A stretch of 63,582 nucleotides of DNA, filler included, from Klebsormidium nitens (Eukaryota > Plantae > Klebsormidiophyceae), in assembly GCA_000708835.1 (NCBI GenBank). It is 4 parts of 4 records of this genome, joined end to end, with 100 filler letters (N's around TTAATTAATTAA, not from the genome) between each part and the next. Parts side by side here need not be neighbours in the genome. Positions count along the whole stretch, not along the records: positions 1 to 23,885 come from DF237882.1; 3 more parts are not named here. The stretch is one strand, 5' to 3'. The notes under the pieces were generated by a model. That model ran no database searches and was not told where the DNA came from. It saw only the letters and a list, made by a program, of their open reading frames with translations. Shown piece after piece: positions 1 to 12,600 of this stretch (position 1 is the stretch's first letter; each line of letters begins with the position of its first letter). The position numbers were made by a program, and so were the translations under genes.

Positions 1-23
1 GCCGACCCATTTATACCGGGCTC

Positions 24-42
24 GTGTGTGTGTGTGTGTGTG
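24..42. repeat. (GT)n microsatellite
   Basis: Uninterrupted GT dinucleotide run visible in the sequence. Confidence 0.9.
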
Positions 43-1361
43 AGCAGGGCCAATTTGCAGGGGTTAGTTGGGGCTTAGTACTTACTTGTTCATGTTTCGA
101 TATCGGTCAACGCGGTCAACCCGGTAAGGATTTCGGCCAATAGGAACATGTCATGTCAATAAGGGAGGCAATCACCTGACAATTGCTCGACTTTTTTATT
201 CCTTGAAAATAAAAATCTGCATAGAGGAATCTGTTCCGGTACATATTGACTCGATCTGGCCTTCTTTTGCCCTAGAAACGCCGCCCCCCAAAGCCCCCCT
301 GCTTTTTCCCTCTTTGGGTCTTTGTTTCATGCATTGCATGCCAGGGTGTGAGTGTGACTCGGAGGGATTGATACCTCGTGGTTCATGCAAGATTCAATTC
401 AGCTCAAGATGTAACCCAAAACCTAAATCTTAAACCCAAACCTCTCATTCTCCGACTCACCATCCCCCGAGCCCCCACCCATTCAGTCCCATACCCGGGC
501 AGTGCGCCGTGGTATAGGTAAAACTTATCTGACATGTAGGTATGTCTGGGGTACAAAGAATAATCGTAGTACTGTTGACGCTTCGATCGTACAGGTACTC
601 GCACGCATTCCGGCACGCATTGCGGCTTCTGTACTGGCTGAGTTAGGTACTCTTGCCAATGCGTTTTACCTCCAGAGCACACGCAGCAGCTAGTCTATCA
701 ATAAGTGACATAGAATTAAGCTCTGTAAGTTGTGGTAGCTTCTGAAGCTTCTTGTGTTGGCTTGAAGTTGAAGCGCTAAGATCGAAACGAGCACCGGCTT
801 CCAACCTGCAACCTCGAAGATTTTGGCATCTGGGACTTGCTGCCCCGGCTCAGTACTGCCCGCCCACTCAATAAGGACGAAGGACGGCGGAGTCATTCCA
901 GCTAAGTTGACTAGGTGAATGTATTTTGACTATTCTAGCCATCGTGAGCCTGCTTATCGTGGACTCTCGCGATCGTATTGCGAGGCCACTGGTGTCTGCT
1001 GCAGATGCTGGCGAAGGAGACCCTACAAACAAAATTGTTATCCAATATTGCTATTGGAGAGCTGATGCGCCACACCCATTGAAAACGCTTGAACTACCAA
1101 TCGTTGAGAGAGGAGCCCCTGGCTGCAATGTGCTTCGTTTTTGTAGTCTATATGCATACCAGGCTACTTGGCAAAAGTGGAAACGTAGACCGCCTGGGGC
1201 CACCTGCTGGGGGCCCGGGCTGTTTCAACCAATCCGTCTTGGTCCAATTCTCCACTCCTCATACTTCCTACGAAACAATAAGTTAATCACATGCCCGCAT
1301 TCAAGTCTTTGTGATAGTTTCAGCAACCTTAGTGTGCTAGGTCCAAGAACAAGTTGTAAAG

Positions 1362-4300
1362 ATGGCGACCAGTATGCGGAGAGTGTATTCGGGCTGGAGG
1401 TGGGGGTTTAGCGATGAGAATAAAGGTGCAGCTCCACCTAAGGGGAACAGATTGCAGAAGAGATACGGGATTCTGGTCCTGCGCCTCTTTATTGTGGTGA
1501 GCAGACCGGTGTTGAGACAAGCTGGCTTTCTGTACTTTATACTGGCTCACTAACATTTGCTGATAACAAAAGGTGCTCAGATTCAGCCTTCTGCGAGTTT
1601 TCAGACGTGAAGATTACAAGAGCTAAGTTGTATGCAAATGTGCACTTCCAGGGGCTCGATGGACTGTACAGTGCGAACAGACTTTCATTCATCCAGCTCA
1701 TCTAAGTTGTATTGCAACTTGCAAAGAACGTTCAACTGTGGCATGCACCACCTGGAGACGCTGAAAACATAATGCACAAACTAGGATCTAATATCTTTGG
1801 CTCAAGAGTACCATCAAGACCTTTCAAATGGACAGTTTTGAGTTGCTCAGGCTCAGTTCATGTGGATTGCTCACCAGCTCATGAGTTTCGAGCTCAAGGG
1901 ACATTTGGCAGTCAGGATGATGAAGTGCCAAACATGTAGCTGGCAATCCCCGCCTCTCATAAAGTCACAGTCAATGAGGCCAACATAGTGAAAATCGGAC
2001 TTTCCCTGTGGAAGACTTGCTTGCTTTGCTTGTGTGCAGGTCATTGTGCGACGTTGTTGTCAGGCACTGGAGCCCTCATCTATGTCATGACAACAAAGAC
2101 TGCCAAAGCATCCCTGGTCTCACTCACCCATGACTACCAACAAGAGCTTATGGATAGGGCCCTGGACAATGTTGCGGCCAATTTTTCCTCGTCGGCAGCG
2201 TGTCTCCAGTCCCTAGCGGCACATCTTGAGACGGTCGCGAGCCTTCCCAACATGACCCAAGAATATCGGGACGAATTGGTATGACTTGCATATTCCAGAT
2301 GTGCCTATCACTCTCCCTTATGCCTGTACCAAAGTCTGCATCGGATTCGACAATCCCGACAGTCGTTGGTGTGCTGACAGCGTCCCAAGCTTTGCAGTCT
2401 GCTTGCTGTGCGCCAACTGTGCCAGGGCTTGAAAGCAGTGCGCTGCAACAGGTTTTGACTCAAAGGAAGCATGCTTCAAGCTGCAACCGCCTCAATTGCA
2501 ACAATGAAGATTATGTGCTTTATATTCTACTGTCTGAGCAGTGCAATGGCAAGCAGGCCATAGAAGTATCGGAATCAGAAACAGCAATGTCAGCCATTTG
2601 CAGCAGGTTCAGCCCTAGAATCATCATTGGTGTATGGGGATTCATCAAGTCATTATCAAATGGAACAAACCCTGTGGAGCTCTGCTACAGGCATTCCAAG
2701 CCAGCCGATTCTCGTTCTTGAGCTGCAACTTCAATAAAGCGGGTGTGATATTGGAGAATGGAAAGTAAGTTCCACTGGAAAACATGCGAATCTGACCCTG
2801 CTCTGTATAGTGTTTTCTAGAGTACTTGGTTGTCCAATCTGGCCTTGAAATGGCTGTCGTAGATGTGTCTTGGATGACAGCCTGAACATCACCACTGTTC
2901 TGCGTTACAAGAGCAGTCATCACCATCTCAGCTTCGTAGGCGTGACGTCAGCTTCTGACATTGCGTGAGTGCTTTGCAGGTTCCTTTTTATGGAATTGAT
3001 TACTGATGCTACCAAGCCTCTGGTCGAGCCGACCCTTCAGCTTGACTATAACAGGAATACTTACCCGTTAGGCCAAAAGGTGCCTCAGTATCGAGCGGTA
3101 AGCTCAACAGACTCGTTAAGCTTCCCTCATTCATTCTTGCAGGCCTTGTCGTTTCAAGAGCCTTCGTCTGCTTTTGTGATCATCTGTTGAGCATTCTGGT
3201 ATGGATGCTCATTCCTCTGCTCAACTTGAGGTCGCTCAATCAGGCTAGGGTTCCATTCGGGACAGAGAAGGCCGTCAGATAGAGCTATGGTCCAATCCCC
3301 AATGAGTATGCCACTTGCGTCCAATTCCTCTAATACGCTCTTGGTCATTATTCTGAGCTCACTCCCCGCTTGCTTCGTCAGGTCCTCAACGCATCAAATG
3401 GATTGCCTATATCTGGATCAGTCGACTTGTTGCCCGATGACTACCGCACTCGCTCTTGGTATGAACAAGCTCTGACCTTCGGGACAGCTACCGAGATTCG
3501 TGTCAACGACGTCAGCGGGCAACCTGAGTTCCTAATGGCAAAAAGAGTACATTACCTTGATCCAAGCGAAGGCAGTGCGCAAGGTGTCGTCCGGGTCACG
3601 TTCCTCCTTGCGAACATGGACCAGTTGGTGGCTACTTTCGATCTGAAGGGTGGGACGATGTACTTCACCAATGGTTCTCACCTCATAGGCAGTAGCGTGA
3701 ATGGCTACACGAAAGGCGGGGGCAATCGTGAGCTTTTACGACCGAGCGATTCCAACAGCAGCCTTGTTCGACAAGCGAGCACGATAAAAGCTTCGAAAGG
3801 CACACCCGTCGAGGTTCGGATTGACGGCGTGAATTACTTCGTCGGAGAGACTGAAAAGGACATAGGAAACATTGTAATCCAAGAAACTTTCTTGCTTCCT
3901 AGCAAGTCAGTTCTGGGACACTTTGAAGCTCAGGCAATCCGCAGCAGGGACATCTCCATTGGCATTGCCTGCGGGATTGTCTTATTAGGTTGTCTGGTCG
4001 TCTTCACGATAACGGACCCAATCACGAAAGAGATGCGCCACAAAGCCGAGCTTCTTGAGAATCTTGAGGCGAAGCAGCGCGCTGAGACGCGAGATGTGTT
4101 CAAGACGAAATTCCTTGCGAGCATGAGGTGAGGTTGTACGCGCCATCCGAGTCGACAATGATGATCGGCAGCCAGAAGATTCCATAAGACCAGATTGAGT
4201 GGAGGAAGTTGCAATGCGAGCAGACTCTTGAAATTAGAAGATACTCTTGCGCATCTTAGTCCAATCAAACACTCTTATTATTTCACGCCCATAGCAGAAA

Positions 4301-7300
4301 ACGCATAGGAAGTCTTGGACCTTTTATGCTTTACTTTTGATGCTTGTTCGACCTGCTTGTTCCTAGTTCTTTGGCCCGCAACTCTGTCTCTGAGCATTTG
4401 TAATTGAGCTAGCACTTGAGTGCTAACCCCAACCTTCTTCAACTGGTCTCTTTGTTAGTCAGAAGTTTTGGATCTCCGTTTGGTCCCAACACTAACTCAC
4501 GTTATTGTGCAGTCATGACCTTCGCAACCCCTCCGCGGCAATGATCGGCCTCTTGGATGTGCTACTAGAGACACCACACACTGAGGAACAAGGGAGGCAC
4601 CTCAGCCAAGTCAAAGAGTGCGCTCAGCATCAGCTGAGCCTCCTGAACGAGGTGCTGGATGTCAGCAAGGTGAGATTGCAGATACTGTTGAGGTTCCTCC
4701 ACGTAACCCGGCCGACACCAGTTGCAATACTGTCCTTTCCTCACTCTAGCAGCGGCCGAACGGTGTCCGTGGTCCGAGATCATGCAGGAACACGACACAT
4801 GAGAATTATATTTACAGATGGAAACATGCCAGCATCAGGTTTATGTGGCCCATGCTTTGAGACAATTTGAGGCCGCTTGAAGTCTCCTTAAAACCACCGA
4901 AAACACTGCACGAGCTGCGTACTCATTGCTGTCTAGACCTCCTTGCTTGGATGATGAATCTGGTCTATGCTTGCAGATCGAGGCCGGGAAAATGCTGCTG
5001 GACAATGCTCCATTCGACCTGGTTCACTTATTGGAGTCCCTGATTGATGTCAACGGCGTCCAAGCTGCTAAGAAAGGACTCGAACTATGCCTAGACATCC
5101 GAGGTGGGTGTGTTGAGACCATATCTTCGGTCCTCGCAGTAATCTTCCATGCAACCACGAACATCTGTTGTAGAGGCCAGATTCCCCTCTTTCTATCCTC
5201 CAACACTTAGGAAAGTCTTTTCGACATGTTTCATGTCCCTCCTATCCAGCGTAGGCCGAGCTTCGAGATTAAGAGCTCACCTTCGACCCCTTTCTCTTGT
5301 CCGAGGACTCCCTCGTCTTTAGAATCCAGTCCTCTGTATCCTTGCGAGTTTCAAAACCCTTGCTTCCTTGTACAGGTGGGATCCCTCAGAAGCTCTTAGG
5401 AGACGCTACCCGAAGCAGGCAGATCTTTGCGAACCTGCTCAGTAACAGCATGAAGTTCACAAAGGTAAGGAAGGCTTCTGCAACTGTTTTGCTAAAAAAC
5501 TTGATACAACACGGTACTATTTTGGCAATGGCGACCTTCGTGGGTTATGTTTAACCGAGCGCTTTGTTGAAGCATAAACCTCAGCCTCGACCCAGGGAAC
5601 GATGTTCTGTTGGACCACGCAACCACGGGATCTATCTGACTCGGCACATGTCGCTCAGCACGCCGAAAACAACAGCGTAAGCTTAAGTGTAATCACAAGC
5701 TGAAATTTTGCTTATCCAATACCTGCAGGCGGGTTACATCGCCGTCCGGTGCTCTCCCGCAAATGCTGACGTCAGTCAAGTAGAGCCGGGCAAGATCAGG
5801 CTAGCTTTCGAGGTTGAGGATACCGGGTGCGGCATTCCGCCGGAGAAGCGGACCCTCGTTTTCGCGGACTACTCCCAAGCGGACGGCGCCGCGACGGCGC
5901 AAAGCTACGGCGGCACGGGGCTAGGCCTGGGTATCGTCAAGAAGCTGGTGCAACTGATGGGGGGGGAGGTGTCCATACTGGACAAGGACACCCCCGGTTG
6001 CATCTTCGGTTTCGACCTCGTTTTCCAGACGGTCGAAGGGGCCGGAATGTCGCGCCCCGGCCGGCGCGGAACCGCCAGCGGCGGAGTGCCGGAATCGTCG
6101 TTCCAGGGCAGCGCAAAGAGCTCTGGGGATCCCTCACGGCTGCCGCTTGCCGGGTTCAATCTCGTCTTTGGGCACGCCAACTTCCTCGCGCGGTCCATCA
6201 CCGCGGGCGCGCTGCGCGAGGGGGGCGCGACGGTCGTCGAAGCGGTCAGCTGGGACGAGGCGTTGCTGGCGCTTACCGTCTCGACCGGCTTGAACAGCCG
6301 CAGGAGCACGCGCCCGAGCCAGGCCCCGCTGCCGCGAGTTTCGAGCCCGGAGGAGTATCTCGACCCGTCGAACGCTCAGTCAGAGATCAGCGCTTGGACC
6401 AGAATCGACGAAGAAGCGGACGAGATTGCTGAGGCGACCGGAGGAAACGTCAGGCGTTCCAGCTCTCTCCGGTCGCGGGCGCCATCTAGAAGACCTTCAA
6501 GCGCGCGCACGGAGAGTAACGCGAGCGCGCGCGCGTCCGACGGCGGAGCGGACGCGTTTTTCATGGAGTGCGCCGTGCTTGACGTGGCCCTCCTGCCCGG
6601 GTTTCCGGATGTGTCTCGGTTGGAAGCAGAGCTACAGAAGCTGACAAAGGCCTTAGAAAAAGGTGAGGAAGGGCGCGACAGCCAATGACCAACCAAATGC
6701 TACGCACAATAAATGATATTCTCTTCATGCGGCAGCACAGATGCACGGCCGTTCGGCATTGCTTTTGACCCGCTCTTGGCGCAACGTTCCGAAGATTTCC
6801 GCGGGTGCTTTTCAGACGTTTCGGATAAAAAGCCGTAAATATTACCCCCTGTCAAGAAGTTCCCTTTTTCTTTTCACTGCTCTTACAAGGTCGCCGAATT
6901 GCTCATTTAATCGCTTGCGCAGCGGAGACATTGACAAGCCGCTGAGATTCAGCGAAGAACCTTGTTGAACCCCACTAGACGTTTCGGAATTCAGACGACA
7001 TGCAAATCCGTCCCCCTGCTGGCTCATCGTCTCACCAGATTTTTTCCCCCTTGCATCTTTACTACGGTCTTCAGACCACCCGGACTTGACACCCTCGGAA
7101 ACGATCCACTTGCTTAAAGGCGTCTTTTTGCAGTACTTACGTGCAAGGCACCAAGCGCCACCGCCTTACCAACCCCCTGCTAGGTGCCGAGCCAAGAAAG
7201 CTGCCATCACCTCACTCGTCTCTTGACACCTGTCTCGTCTTCGCGACTGTAAAGTAGAATGGAGCTTGCGATTGGCGTTCAGAAACGATTCTTTTGCGGC

Positions 7301-8490
7301 GCTTTCTTGTTACAGGTCGGGAGGTGCGCCGGAGCGGTGTGGTCGTCGTGTGGATCGTCAGCGGCAGCACGCCGGCGGACGTCCGCAAAGCGCTGCGCCG
7401 ACACGGTTTCGGACACGAGGTGTCCAAACCCCTGTACCCGTCAAAGATGGAGCACCTCCTGCTGTCGCTGGCCAAATCACCTAGGGCAAGCGGCGAGACG
7501 CCGGAGGACCCGCACGTGGTCCTTGAAGTGGACGGCTCCGATGCGTCCAGCTCGGACGTGGTCCCTGAAATCGACGGCTCCGATGCGTCCAGCTCGGACG
7601 TTTTGCTGCCGGGCAGCACGATGCCTCTCCCGGGACTCAGTAAAAGCGGTTCGGTGTCAGGTTCTCGGGGCCATTCCAAGAAAGCGGCCCCGGGGGGCGT
7701 TGCCCTCAAGCTTCCGCTGTCCGGCCTGTCGGTTCTGGTCGCGGAAGACAACCCGGTGCTGCGCCAGCTCGCGGTGCGCAGCCTCGAATCGCTCGGAGCT
7801 GACGTGGAGACGGCTTGCAACGGCCAAGAAGCGGTGGATGCCCTCCACGTGGCAGAGGCCAGCGCGAACCGGCCGTTCGATCTGGTGCTGATGGACTGCC
7901 AGGTGGGACATCGCCGTAGTGATCATGAAGCTTCATTGGCAGGCGTTTGGGCTCATGCTAAAAGCGCCAGATTCATAGCTGCGTTGTTCGCTTAACCAGA
8001 TAAGCACGGTCGGAACCTCGGGTCCGCACTGATCGAGTTGCTGATCATTTCCGATTACCACCCGGACTTCACAGATTGACAGGCCTACGAGAGGAATGGC
8101 TGGCTTCATGACGCAAAGGGTTCGAAATTGAGTCGGATCGGAAGTGAAGACAGACATGGAGACTGACATTACTTCTGAAGGGCCACTGTCCTGGACCGTT
8201 GCGGTCCAGTCAATCCTCACTTTCTTCCGACCGTCTTGCAGATGCCCGTCATGGACGGATACACCGCCAGCCGTCAGATCCGGAGCGAGGAACTAGAGTC
8301 GCCGCAGAAACGGCGCGTGGCCATCATTGCCCTGACAGCGGACGGGAGCAAAGATGCAGAGCGGCTCTGCCTCGACGCGGGCATGGACGGGGTTCTAACG
8401 AAGCCAGTGAAAGTAGACTCGCTAGCAGAACTGGTCAACAAATTGGTGGTGAAAGGAAATGGAGAAGTCGCAGCGGTGCAGCGAGTCTAG
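1362..8490 (+). CDS. Membrane-bound hybrid histidine kinase (extracellular sensor, HisKA, HATPase_c, receiver), AHK1/CKI1-like architecture; spliced
   Basis: Phase-consistent exons: ~2040-2278, 2691-2764, 2980-3097, 3382-4127, 4513-4669, 4977-5103, 5376-5464, 5729-6662, 7316-7902, 8236-8490. H-box KFLASM/SHDLRNP; N-box QIFANLLSNSMKFT; G boxes VEDTGCGI and YGGTGLGLGIV; receiver VLVAEDN...LVLMDCQ/MPVMDG...IIALTA...TKPV. Second TM segment IGIACGIVLLGCLVVFTI. The putative first exon 1362-1496 does not join ~2040 in phase, so the 5' end is uncertain. Confidence 0.88.
7516..7601 (+). repeat. 42-nt in-frame tandem duplication in the kinase linker exon
   Basis: gacggctccgatgcgtccagctcggacgt occurs at 7531 and 7573 (peptide VDGSDASSSDV / IDGSDASSSDV). 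Confidence 0.9.
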
Positions 8491-9683
8491 ACGGAACAAA
8501 GGTAGTCACGTCGCCATTCATGAGTTGACGTGAGTTGTGTTTACGTGGCAGCCACAATGGCCTCGCTTCGTGAAAGCCGACGGTGCATTATTTTATTGGA
8601 GCATTAGGCCTATATTTTAGGTAGCAATGATATGGAGCTCCTTGGTAGGACCACATCAAAGTGAGCGCTTGTAAGCTAGCTGGCGATATCGGCTGGGTGA
8701 AGGGGCGAAGCGCGTCAACATCTGTCGGATACCGCAAAAAATACCCGTGTGCTAAGGAGAGTGTACGTAGGTTGCTATGAAGCATTTACCTACATACATC
8801 TGGATCGCACGCACCCTACTTGATCGACTTAATTAGAGTAAGTATGATACCGCGCAAGACACGCATTAAGCGCTAGGGACAACATTGATGCATTCGGCCA
8901 TTCGACGGCCACTTCTAGTTGAATTGGCGTTTTATCGGAATTCGAATGTAAAGTACATTGTACTAGTGAAGATAGAGTGTTTGATGCAGTCCCAACACGA
9001 GCTGCGCGGATACGTATCTACTGCGCCGCGCACGTACTAACGTGCACATGCGCCAGTGGCATTTGACATGTGCCCTAGCGTTTGTAATAGCGCCCAGTAC
9101 GGCCCGTATCTCAATCTCTTGCCTGTCACTAATCATAACTGGTCACCAACCTGCACACCGTGCCAGTCATATGAATAACTTTTCCAAATTCGCACTGCAG
9201 CCTGCGGGCAGCCTTTCCTGCAATGATCTGCAGAGAAAGTGCAGACTTCGAGCTTCAAATCACATATATCAAGGCCCTAATTTCCAGAGACACGTCCTAT
9301 ACTCGCGCCACCGCAAGAACGTAGTTGTAAGTTCCGTCCTAGTGCAAAGTACTGGTTCTCCCCGACAATTGTCGTGGAAAGTGTTCCCGAACATCAATGT
9401 TGACGAACTGATCTCAACCTGTGCGACTATGCTACTGTGTATGAAACGGCTCATTCAACACTTTTACAACAGAGAAGCCCGCTCAGCAATTGATTTGCGT
9501 ACGTCTGCTTGACGTCCAATGCTTGACTGTCTCAGATGGCGGACCGATTAAGGTTTTGTACACATTCCGCCATGCCGTTCAATGCTTGCCTGACTGCCGC
9601 GGCCTACGATCCTCGTTTGACAGCTTTCCTCCCTTGCTAAGCTAAGCGCGTGCTGCAATTGCCTGTGCTCTTATGACTACTGC

Positions 9684-12600
9684 TCATTCAATGTGCGCGT
9701 GGACATAGTCTCTGAATATAAACTCCTGCTCAAGCTTGAAGTACACAAAAGCCGCCATACCCAGTGCCAATAGAGAGCCTGTCGTAAAAGCGAGACGAAG
9801 CGGGAGAGTGCCAGCCACAGAGCTTAAGAGGAGCGACAAAGCCGCGCTAGCCATCAGCCCGTAGCGCAACCGTTTCAGGCCGGTCAAGGCCCCACGACAT
9901 GAGGAGCAAACCTGAAAAAGGAGAAGTCGAGTTTATTGTTGATTCAAATTATGAACGAGGGAGGATGCGACCCGCTTTGTAGAAAGTGAAGCAGAACGCA
10001 AGACAAGGACAAAGAAGCACGGCTAAAACGAAAACAATGTCGCATCGTGCATCTGGTGGGAGTGGATCGCCGTTGCTGATCATCGAGCGCTAAGGTTACG
10101 GATCTGCTTAACTGGGTGCTCAAACTTATCCTGCCTGCTTGCCGACAAAACGCGACGGTCGGAAACAACACTGGTTCACTGAGCCCGCTACCCGAACCAC
10201 ACTCACAGTGTGACGTATTTGGAAGGCCAATTACGATTGTGAAATCTAAAGGATAGAACAACGACCGAGCGTTCTCCCAAAGCCTCCTCCGGGATCGTGC
10301 GGACCAATAAAATGACCAGAGGGCTGCCGACGTTCTCGTTTGCAAACGGCCCCCTAATAGAAGCTCGCCACATCCTCTCGAGAACCTCGAAAACGACCAA
10401 AAAAATGGAATCGATAATCGTGATCCACAACCCCAGCTCAGAACCATCGTTCCTGAGATGAACGTCCCAAAATTGCATGAGGCAGAAATGCGTACCTCCG
10501 TGTGCTGATGCAGCCGGTCGAGCATCTCTCGCCGGCTCCGCTCCACGTTCGGCTCCAGAGGGACCCCTTCCGGGAATTCCGGCCCGCCTCCGCCGTGCTT
10601 GTGCAGCCATTTCCGGAAAGCGAGGACGAGCCGGTCCGCTGACGTCGGCGTGTACGTCACCCGGCCGTAGTCCTTTGCCGAGATGCCACTCAAATACTTC
10701 TCCTGGCCTTGGAGGACCTAAAACGAGCGGATAGAAAGTAGTAATCAGACACGTGGCGCCTTTTGACTTGACATAAGGGATGCCGTTCCGTCACCATAAA
10801 CTCGAAGAAGCAGTGAGACAAGCAGGAAAATAGAAGCGACCAAAGCAGGACGCGTGGCGTGCTGTACGGGCGACAAGTAGGCTCGAGGTCCGGCTCGGTG
10901 GAGCAGGGCCAAGCAGAGACACGCGTCAGATGATCGAAACATAACGTGGACAGTAAGAACCTGGAAACGTCACTTTCTCGGAAAATTGGGGCAATCTTCG
11001 GCCCGTTTCGCTCCGGTTCCGACGCTTGCAACTTCGTGGGAAATTGTATCGTTCCGAAACCCCCTGCTTTCGGCCTTATAATCCGTGGGCAAGAATACCC
11101 GTAGTGTTACCGAAGATGGACAAACACTGCAGGTTTCAATTGGTGGTATCCAATCTGACTTGCCCTTATCGGGTAACAGCCAAAATGAAGCGCGACGTGC
11201 CAGATCGCAGTCGGCGAACGGCGTCTACGGGACAAGGCCCGCACGCAAGCGCAACCACCGGTTGCATCAGCGCCTTTTCGTCGTTCGACCCTCCTTTTCT
11301 TAGCACCGTCAAAACCCCCAAGTCTTTCAGCTCTCGTTCTTCATCCACGGGCGTTCGCGCCGCCACTTTGCGAACCAGATGGAGTATCAAGCGAGCGGTC
11401 CGCAGAGCGCCACGTGTTAGCACCTCACCAGCATGTCTCCATCGTACACCTTGTTGGACGTGATGTGCTCGTACCACCGGGGCACCGGTTGCCACCAATT
11501 TCCCCCCGGGGAGAGAAACTGGAAGAAGTTGCGCGCGCTTATGACGATCGAGCGGCTCTTGCCGGGCGCGGACGGGATGTTATAGGACGCGATGTAAATC
11601 TCCCAGACGTCGGGGCCGCCGATAACGGGGGGCTTGAAGGGCGCGGGGATCTCGATGCGGTTGACGAAGAGGCAGGGCGGGTGGAACTCGGAGAAGAAGC
11701 GGGGCTTTCCGGGGGGGTCGTTCTGGGTGCCGCCCCTGGGGAGGTGAGAGAATGAAATTGGGTCAGGAGCAGTCTGTTGGGCAAACTCGTTGGTCTCACG
11801 CAAAGCTCACTCGTAGTCCGATATATCAGGATCTGACTTCCCTGGTACCGTGAGGATGAGGATGAGGGTTACTCCAATAACTCTCGTGTGACCTAAGAGC
11901 CATGTGAACTGGAATAGGCACCCGGGGGACGGGTGGGGTTGGTATGGTGGTTAGGGTGGGTTGGGGTGCGGAGCGGGTGAATATTGGGGTTAGGGTTTTA
12001 GCTTGAAGTGCCTGGGTAACTCGTATGTTCGGTCACATGCCCGTTAGGTCACACGAGAGTTACCGGTATGAGGATGTACTGTGCAATTGGTCTGAGCGAA
12101 AGGAACAAAGCGATACAAAAGCCCCAGTAGTCGAGCCAACAGCATAGATCTCAAGAGTCTGCCTCGGGTTCTTTGAAGTGAATCCCTTTGAAACATCGCC
12201 GACAAGTGAACAACAAGTCCGTCGAACTTACGTTTATTTTGAAGTGCCTGGGTAACTCGTATGTTTGGTCACACGCCCGTTAGGTCACACGAGAGTTACC
12301 GGTATGAGGATGTTCTGTGCAATTGGTCTGAGTGGAAGGAACAAAGCGATACAAAGGCCCCAGTAGCCAAACCAACAGCATAGATCTCAAGAGTCTGCCT
12401 GGGGTTCTTTGAAGTGAATCCCTTTGAAAGATCGCCGACAAGTGAACAAGAAGTCCGCCGAACTTACTTGAACCCATTCATGCTCGCCTCCTCGACCCGC
12501 AGATTGAGCGGCCGCGCCCGGTCGCGTCTCCCGGTCACTTTATGGTGAGCGAAGTCAATGTGGCTCGGGTCCGCAACGTTCTCCGTCAGCGTGTCGTAAG

